Shown here piece by piece: positions 47,150-61,299 of a DNA stretch of 64,000 nucleotides. The DNA comes from Iphione sp. A-MEVVRFRX5 (taxonomy: Eukaryota): NCBI GenBank assembly GCA_976226885.1, contig OZ320315.1:97464001-97528000 (forward strand), given 5' to 3'. Made by a program: the position numbers and the translations under genes. The notes beneath the pieces are model-generated. The model was not told the origin of the DNA. It was given only the letters and a program-made list of their open reading frames with translations, and made no database searches. Each line of letters begins with the position of its first letter. The stretch's first letter is position 1.

Positions 47150-48140
47150 CTCAACTTGGACATACAAATACATCATAATCTCTGCACTCAAGATTGTCAA
47201 TGTATAATACTTTTACTTCATCCAACATTAAAATTCTGATGAACACTTACTGTACATGAACTTTTTAAATTTGCTTTTGAATTGACAATTTGAAGTTTCA
47301 GTGAACTGCCTAGGAAGGTCATTCCACATTGTAAAACCCCTGTTAATAAGGGAATTATGATACTTCCCTCATCACCTTACTTATTACTTAAATGACGACT
47401 ACGTGACCATTGCCTGTGTTCTTTCCTTAATTCTAACTCTGTTTTCCTATATAATAGAATTGTCTGTATATTGGCTCTTATACTGAGAGGTAATAATTTC
47501 ATCTCTCTCAACAAATTAACATAGCCGAGTGCTCTTCGATAGATTTGCCGTAGAGTTACTTCCAGTCTTCCTACTAGATTTCTTCTATATTCAGGTATAA
47601 AGCAGGTACCATATTCTGCCAGAGGTTGGATATACAGTCTAATTCGATACAACACATTGACCTTAGAATCGAGCTTTTGATGCAATACTCCCAAGATGTT
47701 TATTAAAACTCATAGTTTCATCAAGTACCACTCCCAGGTATCTGTAGCGTCTTACTCTCCTTACCCTTTCACCATTAGATGTCAAATTTAATGATATTTC
47801 CATATTCTTTGCCAGGCTGTTGCTTGTTATCATAAATTCGGCCTTTTTCATGTTGACTAGTATCTAATTAGGGTCATATCATTCAATTGCCTTGTTCAGA
47901 TCATTCTGTAACCTTTGTTGGAGCTCTTCCAGATTGTTACTGCTGGTGTAAATTACAGTATCATCAGCATGTAACAATATCTCACTTTGTTCGATGGCAT
48001 TGGTTAGGTTGTTGATTAATATTCTAAACAGTAACAGTCCGAGAGTAGATCCCTGTGGGACTCCACAATAAATTCTTTCAGATTTGGATACTTTCCCATT
48101 TGCTTTTACCTTTGGACATCTATGTAACAACTATTGCCTA
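47150..48140 (-). pseudogene. LINE RT 3' half (CR1/L2 group)
   Basis: CGVPQGSTLG, LLHADDTVIY, YRYLGVVLDETMSF, GFTMWNDLP. Confidence 0.88.
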
Positions 48141-49139
48141 AAGTACTCTATTTCGTTTGACATTCCATTTTGCTTAGTTTATGCAATAGTATTGTATGAT
48201 TTACTTCAGATATTTTTATTGAGGTCTCCGCACATGTTTACAGAGTTTTCCACAGCAATAGGTATTGGCTATAAAACTGGAAATTAAGTGACAAAGTATC
48301 TAATAGAGAAGTAGATAATTTAAATAATAGTAACAGTGTTGTCAAAACTAATTTTGTATAGGTATTTGATAAACATATGAAAGCAATGAACCAGAATATA
48401 ATGTAGTAAGTAAACAAAAGTAACAAGACACTCAAATATTCATAATTGATCGCAAAAGCAAAGTACAGTTCGAATCTTATTTACAGAATAAACTTTCCAC
48501 AAAATACATGATTACATACGCTAAGCAATTAACGGCATGACATATAGAGAACAGTTTATGCACAACAAGAGCCACACCCACCACCATCTAACTTGATACA
48601 GCAGTATGAAAAACATGCAAGACAAATAGAATGGGCAAGTAAACTGGTACAAACAGCGGCACGAAATAAAGACGAATTATGACATGGAAAAATTGATTAA
48701 ATATTAAGTAAATGTACATGCATGGGATAACACTGACTAGTAAACAATAGAGTAACTCAGAAGTTGTATGCAATGAGCTCTTCGCCTGACTTCAATCAAA
48801 ATTTACTGAAAACTTGCATGGATAACCCTGATTATACAAGCTCTAAATAAGGCCACAACATGCCTGTAACTGTACATGCCCTCATAGAGCGGTACAATAC
48901 ATCTACCACTTCCTGGTTTTATACAGACGATCATGAGCATCGCAACAGAGACTAGCAATCAAACTTATATGTAAAGAGTCCAAGATATGTACTTATGAGT
49001 TTGTACAGATAATGAAAACCCATAGTACTATATCATTTGCAAGCTTGTTTCATTGAGATCCAGGATCTGACTACACATAGGGTTAGACAGACAATACAAG
49101 TTTTTCATTATGGACAACACTAGCCTGACTTCACAATAG

Positions 49140-51884
49140 GCTCAAGTACACATACTATCAGGTACCCTTTTGCTAAGCTTTACACTCAGAGGTAGGGCAT
49201 TCCATTTTACAGTGCCTTTTTGGCGGAATGACTTAGCATACATTGCACTGGTTGGTTTGCTCACCACTCCACATAGTCTGTCCAAGCCTTGTCATCGTCT
49301 TGGCTTTGGAGGGTATGAGCCCAAGACTCATCAGCCTATGCGTACATTGCATGCCTCTCACAGCAATTATCTCCTCAATCCTAGGAACATTGAATCTATC
49401 ATGTAGTACACGAGCAGGCAAGTAGTTTCTTACCTGAAGGCAAACTCTGGCACATTTATGTATGAAGGATTGTAACCTAATTCTCTGTGATACACTGATA
49501 GCATACAACATAACAGCATGATATTTGACATGCGCTAGTACTAGTGACGCAAATAATTGTTTCCTAGCTGAGATTGGTAGTAGGTGCTTGGCCCTGCCAA
49601 CATGTAAAGCTGCCAGCCACATCTTCTTTTTAGGGCTTTGATTGTTTGGTTACACTTCAACTGACTGTCCCCGGAGTAGCCTAGAAGAGTGCAGTTTGGA
49701 ACCATTTGCATTGGTTCACCATCTAAAGTTAGATCCAAATCAGCTCCTGCTGCTCTACCCACCTGCAGGTAGGAACACTTAGAGATACTCAAGACTAGTC
49801 CTGTTTTGTGACTCCATTCAGACACGGCACGGATTACCTGCGAGCAGCGATCTCGAAGGCGGAGCAGATCCCTAGCACCAATAGTTATTGACAGATCATC
49901 AGCATAAATGGTCGGTTTACAGAACTTTGGCAAGTGTTGGACTATATCATTGATGACTAAAATGAAAGCGTAAGGCCCAACGATTGAACCTTGAGGCACA
50001 CCATGCTTTACAGGTTTAATTGACGAGACTTCTCCCCGACACTTTACTCTCTGGTACCTGTCGTTGAGATAACTACTGAAGAAACCCCTTGTCTTATGAC
50101 CAACCCCAAGTTTCGCTAGTTCAGATAATATTTTGCCATGTGGGATTACGTCAAAGGCCTTTTTAAAATCAAACATTAATATTGTGGTATATAGCCCTTG
50201 ATTGCAATATTCCTGAGCGTCACCTATGATTGTCATGATAGCAGTTTCAGTAGATCTTAAACCCCGGAAACCATGTTGTGCCATATGTAGCAGTCCCTGT
50301 GACTCAATCCAACCCATCATCTTTCCCATCATCCATCTTCCCAGGAAGTGGGAGTATGGTAATTGGACGGTAGTTTGCAATGTCCTCTTTGCTCCCTTTC
50401 TTGTACACCGGTGTTACCCTCCCCTGTTTCCATGACATAGGGAATGAGCTAGCTAATATGCAATTGACAAACACCCAGGTTAAGAAGGCATGGAATCTAA
50501 TTAGGACAGGTTTTAAGATTTTGGTAGGGACACCATCTATTCCAGAGGGTTTTGTTGTCTTTTGTTTCTTGATCAGATCCACTATCTCTCTTGATTCTGG
50601 AATAGGAAGCTCAAATTGTTGATCAGTCATACTATTGACACATTCATGCTCTATTCTTGTGTCATCTACTAGCTTGTCAACCTCACTAATGAAGAAATTG
50701 TTGAAGGAGTCAGTTAGTTCCTTATTCCCATTAATATTACTCCCTGCACTAGGTAAGATGTCCTTATTACCTGCTCTTCCCGTCGCCTCATTAAGCACCG
50801 CCCATGTTCTTCTGGAATCACCATGTGCATCACTAAGTCTACTCTGCCACCATACCCTCCTTTCTGATTTTAAGGCCTTCTTCACTTTCTTGTCAAGATA
50901 CTTGTAAATTCTCAGGTCATCCAATGTACGGTACTTTCTCCATTTTTTGAAGAAATATTCCCTATCTTTATGCAGGCTATTTAGCCCAGCACTAGGTTCA
51001 AAGTTGTTTCTATCCAGCCTCACCTTTCTACTTTTTTCGGGGCAAGACAATGCCAGTTCTTCTTTTAATCTAGCCTCAAATTCATCCCATCTCTGCACAT
51101 GATCTCCTTCCATTATGCCAACTCCACTACTTTCTAGGGTTTCACATAAGTCAGGCACATCTACCTTTCCCCATTCCCTGTAGTTCTTAGTTTCAGACCT
51201 ACAGAAGCCCCCACCTTTCTTTATTGTGACGGATATCGGGAGATGATCACTCAGGTGCAGAGAACCTACTTCAGACCCCCTATGGTCATCAAAGTTCACC
51301 CATAGGTGATCAAGGCATCCCTCAGAATCGATCATAGTGGAATCTGTTACCAACTGCCTCATCCCTCTCCCATGTAGGTAGTTAGCCGCCCCTAACCCCA
51401 CTTTGCATGTATTTGAGAAATGGTAATTGAAATCCCCCCAAACCACCCTGTCACTTCGTCTCAGATTGAAAAAGTCTTTCATAGCATAGTCAATAGCTGA
51501 CACAGAGTCCGATGCCTTGTCACCTGGCGGCCTGTATACACAGAGCAGTTCAATTGGACGTCTCATTCCTGCCTTTAGTTTTATTCCTAAGATTTCTGTC
51601 GATGAGTCTGCAACTGTTAATACTCTACTGTCCAGCACAGTGTAATGTGACCTATAATAAATAATGAGTCCACCCCCCTTTTTCTTGCTAGTTGGGGACC
51701 TGTCTGCCCTGACTGTACTGTACCCTGGGATATAAACGCTGCTATCCAAGTGATTACTTGATAGCCAACTCTAAGTTATCCCACAAATGTAAACACCCTC
51801 TTTATAGAGATAATCAGCTAGACAGTTTTTCTTCTTAGCTATACTCCTTATGTTGTAGAACATTATCTTGGCACCAGGGGCCAT
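49140..51884 (-). pseudogene. ORF2 APE-RT of copy A2 (one stop, about 3 frameshifts)
   Basis: MAPGAKIMFYNIRS (ATG at 51884), YRPP, GDFN, SDHLPI, YRPITILPLP, QHGFR, DFKKAFD, GVPQGS, YADD. Confidence 0.93.
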
Positions 51885-52550
51885 TTCGAAGATGATAGGG
51901 ATAACAGGACTGAGGTAGTTAACACAGAGTCAGTATCACAGTTAGCAGTGAATGTTTGGTAGATAATGACCAAACCTTATATGAACACAATGTAAGCCAG
52001 TAGTTCAATATATAAAAAGAAGAGATAGAGTATGGAAAACAATTAAGGAAGAGAAATTTACACGGCTTCGATAACCATTGAACAAACTGACTAGTATGAT
52101 ACACTGAGATAAATTATATGTGGGTAGAATAGTGCCTTGTGGGATAAATCGCACTTAGCACTCAACATTTACACAGATATATGCGAATTGCTGTATGCAG
52201 ATAAATCAAGAAAGCTTCGATTTAACTAACAACTTGGATATATTCAAGTTTTAGCAATCATTGAATGTTGACCAATTGTTAGAGAACCACCACGCACTCA
52301 TAAAGATCGATTGAGTGTGAGAAAGAATACAAGTACAGAAACACCTGGGGTATTTCATCCACAATGACTTAGTAGAGTTGGTGGACACTGTGAGTAGTGG
52401 TATTGAGTTACAAACCTTAATTCACATACAATCTACTGGTACCAGACTGTACACAGATAAGAGATTATGCCAAAGATTCAAGTTAGTTGTGTACGTAAGT
52501 ACTGGTTGTCAGTGCACTATGTCTATGCGTTCTATAAGTGCTCTCTGTCC

Positions 52551-52569
52551 GTGCTCCCCCGGCAACATC
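52551..52569. promoter_or_regulatory. Spacer segment complementary to the A2 5'UTR (partner 55743-55761)
   Basis: GTGCTCCCCCGGCAACATC vs the minus-strand UTR GTGCTCTCCCGGCGACATC: 17/19 identical, and both differences give G:U pairs in the element RNA. Confidence 0.65.
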
Positions 52570-53090
52570 CAGCACCCAAGATGGAAAAAAGAAATCCTCC
52601 TGATTAAATCACAGAAAAACTCTCATGAGTAAATCAAAAAGTAATGATATGTTTCTTAAACACCAGTCTAAATGACCTCCTGACTAAATCATACAGTTAA
52701 AGGTAAGTGTATTAAATATGTGTATGTACCGTCAATATTACGCAACCAAACTATATACCATTAACACATAAATAAACACAGGTCTCACCCAAGGTAGGGG
52801 CAAAATATTACAACACGATACATAAGTAGAATATTAGGTAGATAATGTAATAGAAGAGGTATATAAAGATCCTGGTAATATTCATTGCAAGCGCACCACC
52901 AATTTTTGGCACTTAACATAAGTATATCTGAGGTAACATGCTAGGATACTATTGACTCTCAGATAATCTAGCAAGATATAAGCTTAATACCAGCGGTGTA
53001 CACAGACTAGTGCCATATTCATTGTGCTCACCCAACTGGTTGTTGGTATTTCTGTTGTTGCAGGCACAAATTACCCAATCCAAGGACATC

Positions 53091-53780
53091 TTATGGATGT
53101 GAATGGTGGAGATGTCCATACTCCTGAATGTACTCTGACAGCATAAGTTGCACCGCAAATGTCCACTCCCCCACTACCACCGGTTTGGGGGTGTACCCAT
53201 CACTGCCTAGTAGTGAAAAATCATTCACAATATCCCCATCAATGTTTTTACTCACAGGAGTGGAGAATAGGCACGGGTGAAGTCCAATGGAGCATGCTGA
53301 GTCCTCGCAATACATATTGCTAATGTAGACGGCCATGTCTAGCTTCAGCTGCTCAAGATCGTCCTCAATATCCGGTTCAAATCTCTGGAGGTCCACACTT
53401 GGTGACCCACAGAAGATCAGATGTGGTTCACCCTCGCCTGAATTGCAGCGCCTTGCAATTCTGGAGATACTCTTTCGGATCTTCTTAGCGTACTCAGCAG
53501 GAGTACCAGTTTGGACGCACCACTGGCCAGTCTCCCATCGCAGCCAGTCGTGCGCACCAGCAGCAATTATCACCAGATGAAAATGACCGACGTCTCCATA
53601 CGACAGCCAACGTGCGATGCGCCTGTAACTACAGCGTTCAAGCGTGATCAGATAGATTTTCGTAGGTGGGAGGAGATGCAAGACTCCTTGCAGTCCCTTA
53701 AACGCTGGGGCGGTTCGCTCATCCGCGATGATCAGTACGTGTGTACGATGCGTGACTGACTCGTACGCTGGGTACTGCAT
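53091..53780 (-). CDS. SGNH-like middle ORF of copy A2 (open; probable start MQYPAY at 53780)
   Basis: Collinear homolog of the A1 middle ORF (HRTHVLIIADER, AAGAHDW, WETGQW, GLHPC, NDFSLL). Confidence 0.8.
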   Translation of the reverse strand: MQYPAYESVTHRTHVLIIADERTAPAFKGLQGVLHLLPPTKIYLITLERCSYRRIARWLSYGDVGHFHLVIIAAGAHDWLRWETGQWCVQTGTPAEYAKKIRKSISRIARRCNSGEGEPHLIFCGSPSVDLQRFEPDIEDDLEQLKLDMAVYISNMYCEDSACSIGLHPCLFSTPVSKNIDGDIVNDFSLLGSDGYTPKPVVVGEWTFAVQLMLSEYIQEYGHLHHSHP

Positions 53781-53907
53781 CTTCGAAGCTGAAACACATC
53801 CAATGTACATGGTTCTAGCAAGCATCATTACTCAGAAAACATTAGCTAGAGTGAGATGATACACGATCTATTGCATGATATAGTGTGTATGGCACTAAAT
53901 CAGTAGT

Positions 53908-55724
53908 CTAACCTACTAGTTCTTCTCTTATTGACATTAGGGCCTTTCCCAAAATGTTTTTTCCATCCACAACATTAGTCGACTCGCAGTACCCGTTCCT
54001 AATTCTGGGTCACGATCAACATATTTAATAGATTGCTTGCCAGTCGCGATCAGCGCAGCTTTAGCCTCCCTGTTGTTCCTTATTACATGTCACATCACGT
54101 TATCCATAATTACCTTTGAATTGCAATCCCATTTTTCTCCTTTCTGCACTTTGCGATTCACTTTCCTTGCTTCCTCCACTGATTCGCAGTTGTTTATTTC
54201 TCGCGCGAAATCTAAGTCTCGCTCCAAACGAGATCTTAGGTGGTGGAATGCGACTTCCGGTGAATCGTGTTGTTTACCTTCGAGGATTAAGGGGGAGAGG
54301 CATGCTGGTGATAATAAGTTGTGGTCCCTGTCAAAGCAAAACTCTTTGCCAGTTTCGACATAGTTTAGACCATTGGTACGCAGAAATTCCGGCAAGTATG
54401 CAGTATCTTTTGGGGTGTATTTCGCTCCATCTATGAACAAGTAGACACCCCTGACACTCGCTTTACTACCATGTGCACGGGCCTTGTAAGCTAGTCTGTG
54501 CTGTTTTCGATTTATGTCAGTGGCACTGGGAGGTAAGTCTTCCCTGATGAAGATACATTTTAGCTCCTGCATTGTATTGAGTTTGCCTTTGCTTTTCAGA
54601 ATTAGGTTCCTACCCTCTATTGAGTCCAGTAAAACCACCACTCGTATCTTGCTCCTCTGTTCACCTAGAATGTTGTAGTCAACAACTTCAGCAGGCCTAA
54701 TGTTCGCCACCATCTTCACTATATGTCGAATCCTTTCACCCACGTTGTTTCTGTGTTTCGCATCTATCCGATCAATAACAACTCTCCGACAGCGATCCTT
54801 CACCTCAATTCTCGTCAAGTCTAGTTTGAGGTTATTGCACTTGTCTCCAATTGCTCTTATGTGCTCATCCATCTTTATCAATTGTGATTCAATTTCAGAG
54901 TGCAACTTTGTTGTATGCCTTTGCTCTAATGTTTTCCTTTCTTCAGCTAGTTTCACAATGCTCTCTTTAACACCTGTTAAGTCTGTCCTTATAGCAGACA
55001 ATTCACCGTCAACTCGCTCCTTAAAAAGAGTGAAATCCTTTTCTAGGTTGCTCATAGAGTTAAGTATCATATTGTTTATTCCAGAGCGCCTTGAGTCAGC
55101 CCCAGGGATGTCACTACTTGAAGTTTGATCAGGCGTGCCCTTCAAACCTACGTCCTGGATCACAGGTAAGGATGTGTCCGATCTAGTGACACCAACTGTC
55201 ACATCCGATTTTGTTGCATTCCCGCTCGTACAAACTGTGCTCTCATCATCATGTTCGACCAGATACCTATCCTGATTTTCATCCTGATCATTAGTAGATA
55301 AGGCACAGTCCACAGGATCCTTTGGTATAGCCCCTTGTCCAACGCTGTCACACACTGACACCGACTCCAGGGAACCGGCCATGTCATGTTTATGCAGTAC
55401 AACTTGTGAACCGCTCCCTATTTGCTGGTCCTGTGTGCTGTCCTGTGCAGCAGCAACACTTTCATTAGGATTGTTGCTACCGATCCGGACTGTCTTGTCT
55501 TGAGCAGCCCAATCAATCTCACCTTTGGTCAGCTTCTTGAGGGTGACAGTTGGTCGCAGATACAGCAGCACCATTTCCCTATTGTCACCCGTCAGTTTGA
55601 AAACCATATTTGGATCGATCGCATTGCCATTTCCATTGCAGATCCGGTCACCTACGATTCTTGTTGGCAGTCTCGGTAGAATGTTTGCCTTGTATGCATT
55701 CTTTTTTGGAGCTTTAGTTCCCAT
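53908..55724 (-). pseudogene. ORF1-NADAR of copy A2 (stop at 54090, frameshift near 53980)
   Basis: RCRRVVIDRI, IFIREDLP, EGKQHDSPEVAFHH. After the stop: YVDRDPELGTG, then GKNILGKALMSIREEL. Confidence 0.88.
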
Positions 55725-55899
55725 GATTACCCACTGGAACTCGATGTCGCCGGGAGAGCACTGGAGCCACGTCTACTCAGGCGCCATGTTCAATACTTTC
55801 TTTTACTGAATCAGATCCCTTGCGACAATCAAAAATATGGCCTTAATGTACCTGTTGCTATTTAAGGCTTCATATATATAATTAGTAAAGACTGTAGTT

Positions 55900-57030
55900 G
55901 CTGTTCCTGTGCTATAGTTTGATCTAAATCCATATGTTGTGTGACTCCAGATAGTCAGTCATTTGTCCATGTAAATCCTTTTCTATTTTGTTTGAAAATA
56001 TACTGAGTATGCTTATTGCCCTATAGTTACCTATATCAATATGAGTTCCCCCTTTATGTTTCGCAGTTTCACACAATTCTTTCCAACCTAATGGAATGTA
56101 TTTGAAGCATAAAGACTGATTAATTAGGTTCTTTACCTCTGTTTTCAAGCTAAGTAGTATATCCCTAGAGACTGTCATGTTAATATCGAGCCACCCAGTT
56201 GGTTTATTTGTGGGTAGTTTTTCAAAGTCACATACTCTCAACAAATTCGAGGTTAGAACCACCCTGATAAGTCCCCCCTCTCAGTATCGCCCACTTTGTC
56301 TAATTGTCTCAATATACTTGGTCCAATGCCAATGTAAATTTTTTGATTTCTTCACGATATATTAAGCTGTTCAAGAGGTTTCGATTTACTATAATATTTC
56401 ATAATTCTGAACCTTCTGCCCTGATCATTGAAGCAGCAAGACCAATAATAGAATGAGATAACAAGGTAACACGTGTCGACTGTTGAACCAACTGCGTCAT
56501 ACCATATTCATTCATATTCAAAAACTTACTTGTGGTTGGTGTATTTGTCGCCATGTTGTAATTGAAATCTCCAGTAATAATTATATGCTGACTTTCTTTA
56601 CATTTCCTCCTAATACTATTGATTAAATCATAAAGAACGGCCTACGGTACTGTCGCCGGCCGATACAACCAACTAGTTTAATAACGCCCTTCGTTTAGTA
56701 TTGTAGGTAAATGGATATCAATTCTATCTGTCCATCTTATAAATCTTCCCAAATTTCTTTGTACGATAACATATCTTTAATATAGACAAAGGTCCCCCCC
56801 TCCTACAACTCCTGCCCTTTTTCGCTTCCTATCATTTCGTATCATTCTATACCCAGTTATTTCGACAAGTGAATCTGAAATCTCGACACTTAACCAAGTT
56901 TCAGACAATACATGTATTCCAAGTAGCGAGTCTTCGTTATAAACATAGTCATGTACCTGTGCTAGTTTACTCACTCGACTTCTGATATTCATTACAACTA
57001 TGATATATATGTATATATTATGTATATATA
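55900..57030 (-). pseudogene. Internally deleted LINE APE/RT fragments
   Basis: MNIRS, LSETWL, GYRMIRNDR; NYRAISILSIFS. Confidence 0.8.
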
Positions 57031-57339
57031 AAATCAGTCTTGCAGAATAAGGGCCGCTCAGTAGGGAATACGGAAGAAGATGATGAATGATGAAATGAAA
57101 CATATATTTGCACAGTCATAGCTTTCAGATCATGGATGCAACGGTCAGTGTGCATCATAAATATAATTACACCACAAGTAGGCAGTACTAGTAAAGTTTG
57201 GAGTGAAAGATATAGTGCCTAAGTAAACAATAGTAAGCGTAGTAGTAGTAGTATATCATAATGTACTGCTAGTAGAATATACTAGATTTCTAGTATTGTT
57301 CAGTACAGACCATATATATCAGCAGAATAAGAAGGATTT

Positions 57340-60300
57340 TCAAGATTCAAGGTTTTATTGTTATCTGCGTGTACAGAGTTCATCATGACTGAATACAAAA
57401 AAGAACAGTGCTGGACTCTTCAGTATGCATAAGGTGCATACTAGGCATTTACTACTTAGAAAATAGGTTACCTATGTAATTCTTGTGTGCACAATAAAGT
57501 CTCAAACTTCCTCGTCATCTCTTGTCTTCTTTTACCACAACCAACTATGTATTAACACTCGTGACTCTATTCGTCAATCACCGTGCGCTACAGACAAACA
57601 GAGTTACAGACGCCACTAGCTGTCAGATAACATAAAAACAAGTCACTACCTCACATGTTACAGTGTATCGTCTATAAAGCAGTTACCCTTCCATATGACC
57701 AAACAATGTGATAATACAGAGAGTCACAGACGCCACTGGCTATCAGCTGAACTTATATACAGTTATCGCAAGCACACGTTGCAGTTACCCTTTGATACGA
57801 CCAACTAATATGAAACCTATTGATATAACAATGTCACAAAGTCACAAAGTTAAGGGCAGTCCCACTCCCATGGTACGACCAACTTATATGAAACCTGTTG
57901 ATATAACAATGTCACAAAGTCACAAAGTTAAGGGCAGTCCCACTCCCATTACAGCATGCCGAGACCTATGGATATCACAATGTCACAAAGTCACAAAGGT
58001 TAGGGCAGTCCCACTCCCATTACATCATGCCAAGCAAAGCATCTCTTTTTAAAGCACCCCACATTGACATCAGCTTCTTTATCAACACTTAAGTGTCCTG
58101 TTTACCTCCACCATTTGACATTGCTTCCCACGTCCGTACACACATTACACCTTTAATGCCCATACCTTCAGTTCAGACATTTCCCTCATTCATCTACACG
58201 TTCACATCAATCATTCATCGGCACGGTACAGTTGGACCTTCATTCTCCCCAAACCCCTTCCGCTGAGAGGGTCAACCTGTGACATAAGCCCCCTTGGGCA
58301 GCTTCAGGCTCATTTTTGCTCCTTCTGACAATGAGTTCCACCTGCTCATCCCTTTGTAAGCAGTTGAGCAAGCAAAGGCAGTGGAGCGTGGCCTCTCAAT
58401 GCTAAACCTAGATACACGTCCTAGCCTAGTTTTTGCTTTCTTGCATTTATTCAGGAGGCCTAGGTGAAACAAGCGGTGAAGTGCACACAGCCCTTGACGT
58501 TGTATCACACGATCAATTCTCTTGATTCCTAGCTTCTTATGCATAGTAGAAGCTGACAGGAATTCCTCATGTTGCAGGGCCATCCTGCAGCACTTGTTAA
58601 GATGGATCTGCATGCCCACCTGATCTGAGCTGGACAGGCTGTACAATGAGACCCCATGATATCTGAACATGGGTAACAGTAAGGCTTTGACTAAATGTAG
58701 GCTGGCCTTAAAGGGCAGCGTTCTCTTCAGCCTTCCCAGCCACTAACAGTGGCCCAAGTTTTCAACTTTACCACTCTCATGTTGTGTTTCATCGTCAGAT
58801 TGCCATTCAGATGGAATCCTAACAGCGTTATCACCATTTCCAGCCTCAGATCCAAGGGGATGCCCAAGTGGCAGATAAGCACACCACTTAGGGCTAGGCA
58901 GTAGCCCAGTCCTAGAACTCCAGTCATGGAAAGCATCCTGTACCCTCAGTGCCACTGCCCATAGCCTTAGCAGGTCTCATGACCAAACCAAGACCAACAA
59001 ATTGTCCGCCTACATGACAGGATAGCTACATTCCAGTAGACACGACAGCAGCGAGTCCACTACTAGTGAGAAGGCGCTTGGTCCAAAGACTGAACCCTGG
59101 GGGACACCCTGCTTCAAACTGTTATCTTACGTCCAGTTACGTTACTAAGCCAGTTACGTTACTAAGCTTATGTAGTATCCTCCATTCAGGAGGTCCCAAG
59201 CCTTGTTCATCAGACAGGCAATTGCTGCCTCCGTCCCTCTCCCAGCTCTAAAACCATGCTGGAATTCGTGTAGCTTGTTTTCCCAATCTAGCTTGGTCCT
59301 CAGCTCCGGTATGAACCAACCCCCAGAGATTTTACCCTGAATGGGTAAAATTGACACTGGTCTGTAATTGGAGACTTCATTCGGGTTACCCTTCTTGAAT
59401 ATAGGGATGACCCTGGTGATCTTCCAAGATCTGGGATACCTGCCTCTGCGGTATGACGACTTTGTGATTTTCTGTTTCTTGATGATCCGCAGGAGTTGAG
59501 GTGGCATAGGTGGAGACAGCTCGAAGCCAGTTGTGGTGGCACGCACTATCGTGGCCTCCTCAGTTTTGCATATTTCGCTCAGGCTTTCAACACCCTCAAT
59601 GAAGTAAGAATTGAAAGCATCTGCTACTAATAGCCCTCCTTCTGCCATAATTTTCTCACTATCCGGCAGTGCTTTTTCTTTGTTGGACGTACCTAGTGCA
59701 TCATGTAGTATGGACCACAACTTGGCACTGTCATGTCCTGCTTCTCAAACCCTGTGTTCCCAGTGTTTCTTCCAAAACAACTTTCGGCTATCTTCACCAG
59801 TGGCTATCCACCACTGCTCAGGCTGCCTTCACTACTACTGATCAGAACCTAAATTCTCCACCCGTCCTGCCAATCCCAAACTACTTGTTGGAGATTTATT
59901 CACCTCAGGCCCCCATCCCCTGCATTAAGAAATATGGTTAGGAGGCTGTGAATGGCAATCAAAGAGCTGGTCTACTTGACAATACTTCTTCTCGGTGGTC
60001 ACTCTCCACTCTCCCCTCTCCTTCATCTCACTGGTACAGCCTCACTCGCATAGTGTGCAGGCATAACGGGGTCCTTCTTCGCACCCCTCACACATGTTGT
60101 AGACTTCTACAACATGAAAAACATGGAATGTTGAAGTTATGGGGCACCCATTCCCCCTCTCCCCAATGTACCCATCACACAAAAAAGCAAAGTACAAAGT
60201 GGGATGCATAGAATGGGGACCCTCATACTCACTTTCCAGGCATCTGCCCCCTTTGAGTACACCCTGGGGTCTCCTCTACTAGGGCCTCCTTGTCGCAAGA

Positions 60301-60780
60301 TACCATCGACCCTGCAAACATAAAAGACGAGAAACATCTTGTGAGCCCCACTTCCAGCATTCTCTGCATTCCCGCTCTGTCTTCTGTCTACTACTCTCAT
60401 AGACAGTCTCCATAGTCTTGAATCGTTTATCATTGATCTTACTCATCGACAGAGTGAAGCATTGTATGGCAGTTAACTCGAGCTTTGCACTTTTCTTGAG
60501 GATTTTTTTGGAATAAGGTGATGACTCTACCACTCCATGTTGCTTAATCTCGTTGTTCTGGTCGACTACCAATGTCTTGATTGTTGTTTTCTTGTCCGAC
60601 ATCTAGGCAGAGACTCGTCATATTCAAATTCTTGTTGTAAGCCTGGGGTGCATAGGGCAGTGAGGGTCTCTACCAGATCCATTCTCAGGCAATATTGAAG
60701 AATTGCTAATGAGCTAAAGTCATTCCTCTAGAGTTCTGTAAAGGACTGTCTCACAATATTCATATTGTAGGCTGCTGAGA
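57340..60780 (-). mobile_element. Decayed ORF2 plus 3'UTR of a third lineage-A-like LINE; no ORF1 or SGNH recognised
   Basis: NYRPVSILPIQGK, FQHGFR; the C-terminus 58272-58670 is homologous to A1; AATAAA plus CTTGAAT tail at about 57340-57360. Confidence 0.8.
57795..58030. repeat. About 75-bp tandem repeat, 3 copies, in a LINE 3'UTR
   Basis: ACAATGTCACAAAGTCACAAAG...GGGCAGTCCCACTCCCAT three times. Confidence 0.9.
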
Positions 60781-61299
60781 ATATTGACCATTGTTAAGTA
60801 TGGCATGATGGTCATTGTCATGTGAAGCCCAGTAAAGTTTTGAGAAAAGGATATGTTTCATGGATTTCACAAAGAAATTATGCAATGGACTATGTTGCAC
60901 ACTTTTTTCGTGGGGCACACAGTACTAGCCAATTTAAAAGAAGCAGACTACATCTTAGCCATCACTTCTTTAGTGGCTTTCTAAAGTTTAGAATCTACTG
61001 TAAATGATAGTTTGGTCCGTGTAACCAAGGCTATTTTCTCATATCCCACGTGCAGGTCTAGGTCAAAGCTAGTTGCAAGCATTTACTTACACTGAATAAG
61101 GGCAGTGATAGTCCTCTTAGTCTAAGCAAGTCCGACAGAGTGTGGAACAATGTGCTAATTGTGATAGAAAGTATTTTGTGTGAAGAATTGCTCTCAACGT
61201 GCCTTGAATTGTAAAGCGATTATTGCATCGTTGGACTCACCTGTACTGATGCCAATGCTGTCTTGGAAATCTGTAAAGGATTAAGGCTGATAATCGAAC

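Larger units (their letters stand above)
48460..55800 (-). mobile_element. Three-ORF NADAR/SGNH LINE, copy A2: full layout, decayed
   Basis: Same order and homology as A1 but strongly diverged at the nucleotide level. The 3' limit is approximate. Confidence 0.88.

Noticed and set aside
37310-54092. CpG-decay (CGA to TGA) signature implying DNA methylation of the locus
   Set aside because: Only the Penelope stop at 37310 aligns to Arg; too few cases to claim a pattern without a consensus.
57795-58030. Regularly spaced repeats here and at 31428-31490 and 18005-18117 considered as CRISPR-like
   Set aside because: There are no unique spacers of constant length and no cas genes, and the context is eukaryotic.
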